Shown here: piece after piece, positions 36,436 through 46,341 of the stretch
Position numbering within the stretch: the stretch's first letter is position 1
Layout of the letters: every line of letters starts with the position of its first letter
IMG/VR virus record: IMGVR_UViG_3300021364_000008
Coordinates: 35,004 to 99,003 of that record
Length of the DNA stretch: 64,000 nucleotides
Strand: one strand, 5' to 3'
Origin: a virus
Notes under the pieces: generated by a model
What the model was told of the DNA's origin: nothing
The model's database searches: none
The model's input: the letters and a program-made list of their open reading frames with translations, nothing else
Made by a program: the position numbers and the translations under genes

Positions 36436-38165
36436 AACCAATCAAAGCAAAGGATCTTCTCGAACTTGATAAAAGACTTGAGGTAGTTAAACTTCAGTGC
36501 TACCCAATTCCAGAGCAAGTCATTTGGCAGGCAGGAAAAGGAGATTATTCTGAAGTTCCAATTCACGAAGTTGAAGTTCCTAGTCCACAAAAATGCGGTG
36601 AATGGATTGTAAATACTTTACTTGCAAATGAAAGAGGACATTATGGTTGTTACTCTTCAGATACTCAGGTATTAACTGAAAATGGGTGGGTATATTGGAC
36701 TGAAGTAACGGAAAAAACTTCTCTTGCCGCTTATAATATTGAAACAGGAATAGTTAACTTTGAAACACCTTCAGCAGTTCAAAGGTGGGATTATGAAGGT
36801 AAAATGTATCATCTCACTGGACAATCTTTGGATATTCTGGTAAGTCCAGATCATCGTATGATTGTTCAAAATAGAAAAAAAGATGGAACTTGGACTTCTC
36901 CTTATGCTATAACTGCAGAAGAAGTCTATCAAAAACCAGTTAGATATATTACTACTGGAAATCTTTCTATTTCTGATCGAACCAATTTACAAACTCCAAT
37001 TGATAATGAACTCTTTTGGGAATTGGTTGGATTTTGGATTGGTGATGGGGACAAAGATGCCAAAGCAAATACATTAAGATTTCATTTAAAATTGAAGCGT
37101 AAAATTGATTATCTTGAAAATTTGTGTAAAGATCTTGGGTTAGATTTTTATCCAACTAAAAATAATAGATATACTGTATCATTCACTGGCATTGGTAACT
37201 GGTTTAAAACTAATTGTCTTACTGAAGATGAATCTAAAAAGTTTCCTGCAGGATATTTGAGATTGGAAAAGGATTGTGTTCTTAGTCTTCTTGAAGGTCT
37301 GAGAAATTCTGATGGAACTAAAAGGAGAAATACTTGGTCTTATTCAACTACTTCTAAAGTGTTGGCAGAACAGATGCAAGCGATTGCTTCTGTAAATGAC
37401 TTGAGATTTACTTGTTATATTGAAGAAAGAACTAATGAAAATCACAAAGATTTGTATGTTCTTAGATTAACCGCACAAATTAGTCCAAGAGTAGAAACAT
37501 CACAATCTGGTAGATCAAAAACATATGTGGAAGAATGGATTAATTATAAAGGACAAATTCACTGTGCTACTGTTTCTACTGGTGCTTTGATTGTTCGTCG
37601 CAATCAAAAAATTGTTATTTGTGGGAATTGTTTAGAACATCCTTCAATTACATTCTCAGTTTCTGGTTTCGTACATAGTGTAATCGTACAGGCAAGAACA
37701 CATCGCATTGGAACTTCTTGGGATGTACAATCCCAGAGATATACTGGAAAAAGAGTCGTGAAGGTTGCCAAAGGTGAACTTGATATTGAGGATGTTTTCT
37801 ATGTGCGCCCTGAAGGGTTCTATACCAATCGTAAGGGTAAGAAGTATGAATGGACCGAAGAACACCGTCAACGCAAGTTGGGGAGGATTCTGAGTGAGTG
37901 TGAGGAGTATGCTGAGTATTATGGGCAAGGTATGTGCGAAGAACATATTCGTGACTATCTTCCTCAGGCAATTCGTCAGAACTTTGTAGTCTCATTTAAT
38001 CTTCGATCTGTTCTTCATTTTCTGGATCTTCGTGCTAAACTTGATGCTCAACTTGAGATTCAGGCATTATGTGATTCATTTATTCCCGAATTACAAAAAT
38101 GGTCGCCAAATGTCTGGGAGTATTATGAAGAAAAAAGACTCAAAAAAGCAAAACTTTCTCCCTGA
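36432..38165 (+). CDS. thyX: Flavin-dependent thymidylate synthase ThyX containing an intein
   Basis: GHYG/CLEH, QARTHR..S..VQSQRY, RDYLPQ, NLRS and AQLEI motifs; TTG start 9 nt after AGGAGG. Confidence 0.92.
   Translation: MKPIKAKDLLELDKRLEVVKLQCYPIPEQVIWQAGKGDYSEVPIHEVEVPSPQKCGEWIVNTLLANERGHYGCYSSDTQVLTENGWVYWTEVTEKTSLAAYNIETGIVNFETPSAVQRWDYEGKMYHLTGQSLDILVSPDHRMIVQNRKKDGTWTSPYAITAEEVYQKPVRYITTGNLSISDRTNLQTPIDNELFWELVGFWIGDGDKDAKANTLRFHLKLKRKIDYLENLCKDLGLDFYPTKNNRYTVSFTGIGNWFKTNCLTEDESKKFPAGYLRLEKDCVLSLLEGLRNSDGTKRRNTWSYSTTSKVLAEQMQAIASVNDLRFTCYIEERTNENHKDLYVLRLTAQISPRVETSQSGRSKTYVEEWINYKGQIHCATVSTGALIVRRNQKIVICGNCLEHPSITFSVSGFVHSVIVQARTHRIGTSWDVQSQRYTGKRVVKVAKGELDIEDVFYVRPEGFYTNRKGKKYEWTEEHRQRKLGRILSECEEYAEYYGQGMCEEHIRDYLPQAIRQNFVVSFNLRSVLHFLDLRAKLDAQLEIQALCDSFIPELQKWSPNVWEYYEEKRLKKAKLSP
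36648..37628 (+). mobile_element. Intein with LAGLIDADG homing endonuclease (327 aa)
   Basis: Block A CYSSDTQVLT, block B SPDHR, endonuclease motifs LVGFWIGDG and LLEGLRNSDG, C-terminal ICGN followed by Cys+1. Confidence 0.92.
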
Positions 38166-38201
38166 TTTGAATCTAAATAGAAATGTATTGAATTTATAAA
38201 A

Positions 38202-38450
38202 ATGCCAACGTACCCCGTAGTGAATAAAATAACTGGTGAACAAAAAGAAGTCGAAATGAGTGTCCAAGACTGGGATCAATGGAAGAAAGATAATTCTGAA
38301 TGGATACGTGATTGGTCGGATCCTTCTACTTGTCCCTCACCCGGAGAAGTGGGAGATTGGCAAAATAAACTAATCTCAAAGCATCCTGGATGGAATGAAG
38401 TTTTAGATCGTGCTGGCAAAATGCCTGCATCAAAAGTAAAAAAAATCTAA
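38202..38450 (+). CDS. Conserved T4-like hypothetical protein
   Basis: MPTYPV.NK.TGE...GWNEVL pattern, lying before phoH. Confidence 0.7.
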   Translation: MPTYPVVNKITGEQKEVEMSVQDWDQWKKDNSEWIRDWSDPSTCPSPGEVGDWQNKLISKHPGWNEVLDRAGKMPASKVKKI

Positions 38451-38473
38451 AAAGAAAAATAAAGAAAAAAAAT

Positions 38474-39229
38474 ATGGCAAGAAAAAAGCAAGAGATCGCA
38501 GTACCCTTTGGAATGAGCAATAGGCAAATGAAAAGGAAAAAACCCATTAATCTTGATTATATTCGGACAATTGAGCCTCTTACTGAGAATCAAGAAAAAC
38601 TTTTTGAGACATATAAATTAGATCAAAATATTGTTGCATATGGTGTTGCTGGTACAGGAAAGACTTTTATTACGCTTTATAATGCTCTTCTAGATGTCTT
38701 GGATCAAAAAACACCATATGAAAAGATTTATATCGTAAGATCTCTTGTTGCAACTAGAGAAATTGGATTTCTTCCTGGGGATCATGAAGATAAGTCATCA
38801 CTATATCAAATTCCATATAAAAATATGGTAAAATATATGTTTGAAATGAATGATGATGCATCTTTTGAAATGCTCTATTCAAATCTAAAAGCTCAAGGTA
38901 CTATTAGTTTTTGGAGCACCTCTTTCATTCGTGGTACAACTTTAGATAAGTCTATTATTATTGTAGATGAATTTGCCAACCTGAATGGGCATGAGTTGGA
39001 TAGTATTATTACTCGTGTTGGAGTTGATTCTAAAATTATGTTTTGTGGTGATGCAACTCAAAGTGATTTGATTAAGATGAATGAAAGAAATGGTATTGTA
39101 GATTTTATGAAAATTCTTCGCGTAATGCCTTCTTTTGATATTATTGAGTTTGGTATTGAAGATGTGGTTCGTTCCGGGATTGTTAAAGAATATCTCACTG
39201 CAAAATACGAATTGGGAATTAATCTTTGA
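38474..39229 (+). CDS. phoH: PhoH family ATPase
   Basis: GVAGTGKT, IGFLPG, IRGTT, IIVDE and CGDATQSD motifs. Confidence 0.95.
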   Translation: MARKKQEIAVPFGMSNRQMKRKKPINLDYIRTIEPLTENQEKLFETYKLDQNIVAYGVAGTGKTFITLYNALLDVLDQKTPYEKIYIVRSLVATREIGFLPGDHEDKSSLYQIPYKNMVKYMFEMNDDASFEMLYSNLKAQGTISFWSTSFIRGTTLDKSIIIVDEFANLNGHELDSIITRVGVDSKIMFCGDATQSDLIKMNERNGIVDFMKILRVMPSFDIIEFGIEDVVRSGIVKEYLTAKYELGINL

Positions 39230-39304
39230 TGGTTTCTAGGAAGAATTCTTTCTTTGGAAACAATTAAAAAAAATGAAACACGAGGAACTAGCAAGAAAAT
39301 CAAA

Positions 39305-39973
39305 ATGACATTTATTCATCATAATTTTTTGGGTGATATTGAACTAGAATGTAAAACAACAGAAAGCATCCGTCTCTATAATATTCCAAATGGAGATTGG
39401 GTGCCTTCTATTACTTCAGTGACTTCTTTTTACAATCGACATATCTTTGCTAAGTGGAGAGAAAGAGTCGGTATTGAAGAAGCAAATCGAATCACTAAAA
39501 AGGCAACAGCAAGAGGAACTGACTTTCACCAAGTTTGTCAAGATTATCTTGAAAACAAGGAGTTGAATTGGGATGATTATCAACCTCTAACAAAACATAT
39601 GTTTTATCATGCTAAACCCTATCTTGATAAGATAAATAATATTCATGCAATCGAAAGAACACTCTATTCAGAATATCTTGGTCTTGCGGGAAGAGTAGAC
39701 TGTATTGCAGAATATGAAGGAGAACTTGCAGTTATTGACTTTAAGACATCAGAAAAAATTAAACCAGAAGAATGGATTGAAAATTACTTTGTACAAGAAA
39801 CATTCTATGCAGCAGCATATTATGAACTTACAGGTAAAGTAGTTAAAAAACTTATTACATTAATGGTTACTCCTAGTGGTGAAGTGAAAGTATTTGACAA
39901 AAGAAACAAAGAGGATTATATTAGATTATTAGTTCGTTATATTAAGAAATTTTTATCAGATAAACTTTCTTGA
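39305..39973 (+). CDS. PD-(D/E)XK exonuclease
   Basis: PSITSV, RGT.FH and AGRVDCIAE..AVIDFKTS..Q..FY motifs. Confidence 0.85.
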   Translation: MTFIHHNFLGDIELECKTTESIRLYNIPNGDWVPSITSVTSFYNRHIFAKWRERVGIEEANRITKKATARGTDFHQVCQDYLENKELNWDDYQPLTKHMFYHAKPYLDKINNIHAIERTLYSEYLGLAGRVDCIAEYEGELAVIDFKTSEKIKPEEWIENYFVQETFYAAAYYELTGKVVKKLITLMVTPSGEVKVFDKRNKEDYIRLLVRYIKKFLSDKLS

Positions 39974-40046
39974 CTCTTCAGTAAATTTATGATATTCTTT
40001 AAAAAGAATTTTGGTGGATTATTTGTCTTTCAATCTTATAGAATTA

Positions 40047-40316
40047 ATGGATTTATCATATAAAGAACAAATTAATAAAGAACTGGAAAGTAAATTTATT
40101 TGTCCAATAAAGTTCTCTCAAGAAATTGAAAAACTTGTGCGAACTGAAGAAAATATGAATTATATTGATGCGGTTGTTTATTTTTGTGAACTGAATAAAA
40201 TTGAATTGGATGTAGTTCCAAAGTTGATTTCAAAACCACTTAAGGAAAAACTTAAGTGTGAAGCAATGGAACTTAATTTTTTGAAAAAAACTTCTCATGC
40301 AAGATTAAAATTTTGA
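40047..40316 (+). CDS. gp33: Late promoter transcription coactivator gp33
   Basis: YIDAVVYFCE...KLISKPLKEKLK.EA..LNFL; promoter TTGACT(39970)-17-TATTCT. Confidence 0.88.
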   Translation: MDLSYKEQINKELESKFICPIKFSQEIEKLVRTEENMNYIDAVVYFCELNKIELDVVPKLISKPLKEKLKCEAMELNFLKKTSHARLKF

Positions 40317-40909
40317 AATTGGACCCTCATAATTGCTACAAGACTTACTTGGCACTTAAGAATCATTTTACAAAAGATTCTTATGATTTTCACAAATATA
40401 ATGGAAAAACCAGATCATCACTTCAATCATTTTATAAACGTAAAGATCGTTTCTTTTTTGAAAAGATGAGTCGTCAAAAAAGTGATGATGAAATTCTAGA
40501 ATTCTTTGTTGCTAATTTTGCAAACTGTAGTGATCCTCAGTCATTATGGATTGGTGAAATTATAAAAGAAGGAGAATTGGCACATAAAGAATGGAAAAAA
40601 AGAATTCAATCTCTTTCATACAAATTTAAAGATGAAGTAAGTTCAATCTTTGATTCAAATAATTTCAATTTAATATTTGAAATTAAAAATCAAAAGCATC
40701 CAAAGATCTTAAAGGAGTATTTGCAAGGAAATATATCTTTAGAGACATTGGTAATATTAGATAAAATTCTCGGATTTAGAAAGAATTTTGATAAGAAATT
40801 ATTAGATCCTATTTGGGAGTTTGTTTCATTAAGAATTAGGAAGTATTCACCTTTCCTACATACAGATATACACAAATATAAAAAAATTTTAAGGGAGTGT
40901 GTTCTGTGA
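40313..40909 (+). CDS. gp59: Helicase loader gp59
   Basis: YLALKNHFT..YDF.KY.GK and KRKDRFFF motifs. Confidence 0.9.
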   Translation: MKLDPHNCYKTYLALKNHFTKDSYDFHKYNGKTRSSLQSFYKRKDRFFFEKMSRQKSDDEILEFFVANFANCSDPQSLWIGEIIKEGELAHKEWKKRIQSLSYKFKDEVSSIFDSNNFNLIFEIKNQKHPKILKEYLQGNISLETLVILDKILGFRKNFDKKLLDPIWEFVSLRIRKYSPFLHTDIHKYKKILRECVL

Positions 40910-41247
40910 GTTTCTTTAATTCCGAAATGGTCAGATCAGAACTTTTAGAAATATCAGAACTTCAAGAAGAGATATATTCTAAAGTTTTTGATTTTTACAA
41001 AATGAGAAAGGAGGACAAAATTCGTCACGTAGAAATCCTTCAAAAACTTTTAGAAAAGCAAAGAATTCTTTATACTCGTATGAGTCTTTCTGATGATCCA
41101 GAAGCTCAAGAAATGAAAGATAGAATACTAGATTCTGCTAAAATGATGGGTCTTCCTGATGGAACTGATATTTCCTTTATGTTTGGAAATATGGAAAAAC
41201 TTCTGGAGGCCATGAGAGAAGAAATTGACAGATCTGAAGAAATCTGA
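40906..41247 (+). CDS. DUF1825-like hypothetical protein
   Basis: FFNSEMV...YTRMSLSDDPEA. Confidence 0.7.
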   Translation: MSFFNSEMVRSELLEISELQEEIYSKVFDFYKMRKEDKIRHVEILQKLLEKQRILYTRMSLSDDPEAQEMKDRILDSAKMMGLPDGTDISFMFGNMEKLLEAMREEIDRSEEI

Positions 41248-41328
41248 TATATTAGTCTTATGCGGCTGGGAGATCCGCATCAAAGCAAATCCACAAAGGC
41301 CAAATACGTACAAATACGAGGTAGCATA

Positions 41329-42270
41329 ATGTCTTTTGAAAGTCTCAAGAAGCAGTCAAAGCTTGGTTCTCTTACTGATAAATTAGTAAAAGAAGTTGAA
41401 AAAATGAGTTCCACATCTGGTGGTTCTGATGAACGTTTCTGGAAACCAGAAATGGATAAAGGTGGAACAGGATATGCAGTAATTAGGTTTCTACCTGCCC
41501 CAGAAAATGAAGATCTTCCATGGGTAAAAATGTTTTCTCATGGATTTCAGGGTCCCGGTGGATGGTATATTGAGAATTCTCTGACTACACTTGGGCAAAA
41601 AGATCCTGTTTCTGAGTATAATCGTACTCTATGGAACAGTGGGAATGAAAAGGATAAGGATATTGTTCGTAAGCAAAAACGTAAACTATCTTATTATAGC
41701 AACATCTATGTTATAAAGGATCCTATGCACCCAGAAAATGAGGGTAAAGTTTTCCTTTTTAAATACGGGAAAAAGATCTTTGATAAGATTATGTGTGCTA
41801 TGCAACCTGAATTTGATGATGAAGAACCCATCAATCCTTTTGACTTTTGGCAGGGTGCAAACTTTAAAGTGAAGATTGTAAAGAAAGATGGTTATTGGAA
41901 TTATGATAACTCAGAGTTTTCAAATCCATCTCCTCTTCTTGATGGTGATGATGATGCTCTAGAGGCACTTTGGAAGAAGCAAAGTTCTTTGACTGCACTG
42001 GTCGCTCCAGATCAGTTCAAGACTTATGATGAACTTGAGAAGCGTATGAATCAAGTTCTAAACATTGGTAAAGTTGCACCCAAATCTCAATCATACGATG
42101 AGGAGCAAGAGTATGAATCTTATGTACCCAAGAAAACTAAAGAGGATAATGTGATGGAAGAGCTAGAATCTTCTTACATCAAGAGTAAGCAAACTCCAGT
42201 GCGAGAAGATTCTTCTTCTGAAGATGAAGATGATGCCCTCTCATACTTTCAAAAATTAGCAGAAGATTAA
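41329..42270 (+). CDS. gp32: Single-stranded DNA-binding protein gp32
   Basis: GYAVIRFLP, WYIENSLTT and WNYD motifs; acidic tail; promoter TTGACA(41225)-17-TATATT. Confidence 0.95.
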   Translation: MSFESLKKQSKLGSLTDKLVKEVEKMSSTSGGSDERFWKPEMDKGGTGYAVIRFLPAPENEDLPWVKMFSHGFQGPGGWYIENSLTTLGQKDPVSEYNRTLWNSGNEKDKDIVRKQKRKLSYYSNIYVIKDPMHPENEGKVFLFKYGKKIFDKIMCAMQPEFDDEEPINPFDFWQGANFKVKIVKKDGYWNYDNSEFSNPSPLLDGDDDALEALWKKQSSLTALVAPDQFKTYDELEKRMNQVLNIGKVAPKSQSYDEEQEYESYVPKKTKEDNVMEELESSYIKSKQTPVREDSSSEDEDDALSYFQKLAED

Positions 42271-43016
42271 TTATAAATTCTTATATTATCTGCTCTCTTT
42301 AAGGTGTCACTCAGGAATTGGGTGCCACCTTTTTTATATTTCATAATTTTATCAATGTCATCAAATACAATGTTGATATATCTTGGTTTAAGTACATAGA
42401 TAAATCTTTTTATATTTTCATTTTTTTGTTCTATTTCAAGATTAGAAACTGAATTTGTAATATCAGAAACTAAAACATCTTTTTCAAATCCAGGATCATA
42501 AAACTCGACAAAATAAGGAACAAGATTTTGATAGTCTGGATTGTTGGTATAGTTTCCATTTTCATCTACAAGATATTTGCGGTAATCAATAATCTTATTT
42601 GCAACTATAGTTCCTGCAGGCATTATAAGGGCTCCGAGGGAATCACGAACTTCTTCAGTTTCATAGTGATGAATGGCATTTAGATTCTCATAAGAACCAT
42701 ATTTTTCAAGCATTACTCTTTCAAAATTTTCATTTGACAGAGGCCATTCTTCGTAGACATTGAGGATATTATTACAAAGTAAAATTAGCCAATCAAGATT
42801 TGGATTGTTATAAATTTTATTTGCCACATTATCAGGTCTTTCATCTCCAATAATGGAATATCTTTCAAAGAAGTTTAAATTTTGAAAAATTTCATCACGA
42901 ATCTTAACTCTTTTAAAGAGATTTTTGACAGTAACATAATTGTTAATATACTTATTTTCGTAATTACGATCAACATATTCAAAATTGGGTACTTGCCTAA
43001 AATATTCTCTAGTCAT
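42267..43016 (-). CDS. gp53: Baseplate wedge subunit gp53
   Basis: I.GDERPD.VA..IY..P.LDWLILL.NNI...WPL and HHYET motifs. Confidence 0.88.
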   Translation of the reverse strand: MTREYFRQVPNFEYVDRNYENKYINNYVTVKNLFKRVKIRDEIFQNLNFFERYSIIGDERPDNVANKIYNNPNLDWLILLCNNILNVYEEWPLSNENFERVMLEKYGSYENLNAIHHYETEEVRDSLGALIMPAGTIVANKIIDYRKYLVDENGNYTNNPDYQNLVPYFVEFYDPGFEKDVLVSDITNSVSNLEIEQKNENIKRFIYVLKPRYINIVFDDIDKIMKYKKGGTQFLSDTLKRADNIRIYN

Positions 43017-43017
43017 T

Positions 43018-44427
43018 TTAGTAACCTATTGGATGATTTGCTGCAGGTGATTTGGTATAGTCAGTGTCATAAACTGGAGTGATTTCTTGAAACTGCATAT
43101 TTAATCTATATGCCACCATAGTTGCATCAGGATCCTCATAAGTCATATAAGATCCTAATGGAGTATAATCAACACTGAAATTGATTAATGCACAGGCTTT
43201 TGTTTCTTCATCATCTGGGGCAATTAAATTGATTGATTTATGAAGTTGATTTCCTTTTTGATATTGAATTTTGAATACATAAGGTGCCTTTAAAAAGAGA
43301 CCTCCAGGCACTTCTCTTACTGCCATATGATATTTAAAGTATCTTATAATTTCTTTGATGATATTAACTTCTCCTGAATTTCTTGCACTCATTAAGAAAG
43401 TGAAGTTAAATGGACGAAGTTGAGGTCCTCTAAAAAGAAGTTCTAAGTTTGGATTGAGAACTAATGAGGTTGCTCTTGTAAAAATGCTTGGATTCCCTGC
43501 AGCAAGAGAAGCTACGAGATGATTGAATTTTGTACTATCAAATTGATTTTTGAGTTCTCCCAGTGCTTCTACAAGACCCATTGCCCCTTTTGCCATTGCT
43601 TCTCCAACATTACCATTAGTGGTGTTCATTGCTTTAAAAGCAGAATTATACAATGTGGCATCCAGGGGGTTTAAATTTCCTTCCCCCCAATCAACAGTAT
43701 TTTGATCTGAAATTGGAGATTGAATTGAAATATAAACTGGAGGACTTACTGATTTGTATAGCGGTCTTCCGAAGGAAAATGTTCCTTGATTAGATCTTCC
43801 ATTAATATCTGCAGCTGTAAATTTGATTCTATCTTGATCTGTTTCGGCAATATCTAATGGATATATTAGAGTATCACTAAACTGTATTTTTGGGTTTGTT
43901 GCGGTTCCGCCGATATAATTATATGGATTAGATGGATCTTGTATATCTACTCCAGGTCTAGGCAAAACTGGTGCTTGAGGACCTTGAGGACCTGGTGAGT
44001 TTTGAGACAGTATTGGATCTCCATTTTGGTCTACGATTAATTGTGAATTATTTGGATCTGATACTCCTGGTATTCCATTTTTGAAAAATAGATCTTGCTT
44101 AACTGGATCTGCATTTTTGTTTATAATTGCAGCTCTTTCGTTATTAAACTTTTTTGTTCCATCTGTATATAATAACCTAGTAAATTCACTTTTTGATAAT
44201 TGATTTTGTGGATTTGCTTGATTATATTCTCTAACAATATAGTCTATGTTATTGGGATCAGTAGCCCATGTTTTTCCATCATCACCTGAAGATGATATTA
44301 TTTTTGTATCTGTAGCTGGAAAAAATGGTGCCTTTAAAAATACTTCAGTATCTCCATTATCTAGATTTACAATTTGCTTTAATTTAAGTCCTTTAAATGG
44401 ATATTCTGTGGTTAATTGTTCTGCCAT
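43018..44427 (-). CDS. gp48: Baseplate tail-tube cap gp48
   Basis: NPNLELLF.GP.LRPF.F.F, VDYTP and MQFQEI motifs. Confidence 0.85.
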   Translation of the reverse strand: MAEQLTTEYPFKGLKLKQIVNLDNGDTEVFLKAPFFPATDTKIISSSGDDGKTWATDPNNIDYIVREYNQANPQNQLSKSEFTRLLYTDGTKKFNNERAAIINKNADPVKQDLFFKNGIPGVSDPNNSQLIVDQNGDPILSQNSPGPQGPQAPVLPRPGVDIQDPSNPYNYIGGTATNPKIQFSDTLIYPLDIAETDQDRIKFTAADINGRSNQGTFSFGRPLYKSVSPPVYISIQSPISDQNTVDWGEGNLNPLDATLYNSAFKAMNTTNGNVGEAMAKGAMGLVEALGELKNQFDSTKFNHLVASLAAGNPSIFTRATSLVLNPNLELLFRGPQLRPFNFTFLMSARNSGEVNIIKEIIRYFKYHMAVREVPGGLFLKAPYVFKIQYQKGNQLHKSINLIAPDDEETKACALINFSVDYTPLGSYMTYEDPDATMVAYRLNMQFQEITPVYDTDYTKSPAANHPIGY

Positions 44428-44510
44428 CAGAACTTCTCCTCAAATAAAAAAGGACTAATTATCTCAATTTTTCGTAGAGTATGAGACATTTATAAATTAT
44501 TTTTATTTAT

Positions 44511-44963
44511 TTATAACCCAAGTTCTTCTTCCGTAATGATTTTAAATTCAATCATACGATCATCACACCATTCCTTTGCTGCTTTCCACTTTGCAATATT
44601 TTTATTATAGGTAAGAACTTCATTAATGTAAGTTTTTTTTCTCTTACCTTTAGATTCTTTTGGTTCTAATGTTTGTCTTTTTGGTTTAACTTCCACCAGA
44701 TATTTTTTGGTTTTTCCACTACTTTCTTTGATTTTTATAATAAAGTCTGGAAAATATCTACGAACCTTATTTGTTGTTGGATCTAGATAAGGAATAAAAA
44801 ATTCTTCTGACCCATATTTTAATATGTTGGGAGAACGATCGCACCATTGCATAAACTTAAGTTCCCAATTGCTTCTATACACTATATTATTTGGATTTCC
44901 AATATATTTTTCTGGATTTCTTGGATGAAAAAATCCTTGATGATATTTTGAATCACGAGGCAT
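44511..44963 (-). CDS. gp4: Head completion nuclease gp4
   Basis: PEKY.G....VYRS.WE, RYFPDF, VEVKP, N.AKW.AA and FKIITE motifs. Confidence 0.9.
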   Translation of the reverse strand: MPRDSKYHQGFFHPRNPEKYIGNPNNIVYRSNWELKFMQWCDRSPNILKYGSEEFFIPYLDPTTNKVRRYFPDFIIKIKESSGKTKKYLVEVKPKRQTLEPKESKGKRKKTYINEVLTYNKNIAKWKAAKEWCDDRMIEFKIITEEELGL

Positions 44964-45522
44964 TTTTCCAACCTTTATGAGATTTATTTCTTCCAGAAAC
45001 AACATGTTGTAAGCAACCAATATTTAAATTATTTTCCCTGGCAAATTTAGTTAAGTTTTTTATTTTTACAATTTCTCCTTTTGGGGAAATTAATCTATAT
45101 TCTTTGCTATTTTTTTCCGATAATTTTTGCTTTGTTGTTTCTGGACAAGGTTTTCCTTTGAGGGGACTTTCATTTTTTTTAAACCACTCTTTTCTTTTTT
45201 CACTTTGCTTTAACTTTGCTTCTTCACTATGAGTCTTTCCCCACATTGGATTTAGTTTGCCAAATCTTGCACTACCATACATTCCATTTTTTTCTTTATG
45301 GTTGGCACGACTCATTCTAAAATTATCATCCTTACAAAGTTCCAACATTATTTGTCTCAATAATTCTTTTGTCTCTTCTGAATGTTTTTTACCATAAAAG
45401 GGATTTAATTTTCCCTCATATCCACAATTTCCTTCGTATTCTTCGTAGATAATTTCTGAAGTAGTGTTAATATTAAAGGTTTCGTTTAATTTTTTAGTAT
45501 TAAACTTAATAATTCTTTTCAT
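44953..45522 (-). CDS. NUMOD3-repeat DNA-binding protein (homing-endonuclease-derived, no visible nuclease domain)
   Basis: NPFYGKKHSEETK and NPMWGKTHSEEAK repeats; C-terminal NL.KFAREN.L...HKGWK module. Confidence 0.8.
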   Translation of the reverse strand: MKRIIKFNTKKLNETFNINTTSEIIYEEYEGNCGYEGKLNPFYGKKHSEETKELLRQIMLELCKDDNFRMSRANHKEKNGMYGSARFGKLNPMWGKTHSEEAKLKQSEKRKEWFKKNESPLKGKPCPETTKQKLSEKNSKEYRLISPKGEIVKIKNLTKFARENNLNIGCLQHVVSGRNKSHKGWKNAS

Positions 45523-45542
45523 TATGAATTAACTATTCAATA

Positions 45543-45605
45543 TTATTTATATTTTTCTGGATTTTGTGGATGAAAAAGTCCTTGATGATATTTTTTTTCA
45601 GACAT
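45543..45605 (-). pseudogene. Orphan duplicate of the gp4 5' end (20 codons), ending in a late promoter
   Basis: MSEKKYHQGLFHPQNPEKYK* versus gp4 MPRDSKYHQGFFHPRNPEKYIG; TATAAATA at 45551-45544. Confidence 0.8.
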
Positions 45606-45636
45606 ACATAGTATAAGAACCATACAATATTTATAA

Positions 45637-46341
45637 ATGCCTGCCCCATCTCCATCAAGAAAAAGTGCGGCAACTACTATTAAAGAGAAGTTATTAAGAC
45701 CAGCTTTAACTTCTCATTTTGAATGCACATTTACTCCTCCAAGATTAGTAATAGACTGGATTAGAAATAATAGGGAATTTAATTATGATGATATTAATAA
45801 TCAAGAACTTATCACATTATCTTGCTCAGAAGCATCTTTACCTGGATCTTCATTAGCAACTAATGAATTAGTTGATGATCATCATGGAGTTGCTGAAAGG
45901 CACGCTTATAGAAGACAGTATGATGATCGTGCTGATTTTACTTTTTATGTTGATGCTCCTAGAAATGAAGGTGATAAGGGATATAAGGTCTTGTGGTTTT
46001 TTGAGCAATGGATTGGATATATTGCATCTGAAGAGTATGCCGAAGGTTTAGACGATGCAAATTATTTTTATAGATTTAGACTTCCTGAAACTTATAGAAA
46101 TGATATATACATCACAAAGTTTGAGCGAGATTATGATTTAAGTCTATCTGATTATGCTAGAAAGGGATTTTCAAATGAGTCTTCAAAAGAATATTTGGAG
46201 TATAAATTTTTAGAGGCATATCCTATTTCCATTAATAGTATGCCGGTTTCTTATGACAATTCTCAATTACTCAAGTGTACAGTTTCATTTACTTATACAA
46301 GATATATTCCCAGAAGAAAAAAAGGTATCTATTACACCTAG
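45637..46341 (+). CDS. Tail tube-like protein (gp19/gp54 family)
   Basis: CSEASLPG, FTFYVD, AYPISI and TVSFTY tail-tube fold motifs. Confidence 0.7.
   Translation: MPAPSPSRKSAATTIKEKLLRPALTSHFECTFTPPRLVIDWIRNNREFNYDDINNQELITLSCSEASLPGSSLATNELVDDHHGVAERHAYRRQYDDRADFTFYVDAPRNEGDKGYKVLWFFEQWIGYIASEEYAEGLDDANYFYRFRLPETYRNDIYITKFERDYDLSLSDYARKGFSNESSKEYLEYKFLEAYPISINSMPVSYDNSQLLKCTVSFTYTRYIPRRKKGIYYT

Noticed and set aside
39305-39973. Cas4 implying a CRISPR system
   Set aside because: Lacks the four-Cys Fe-S pattern; sits in the usual core position between phoH and gp33
44953-45605. Group I intron in gp4
   Set aside because: No room for or sign of P/Q/R/S core elements, and downstream gp4 is complete with its own start
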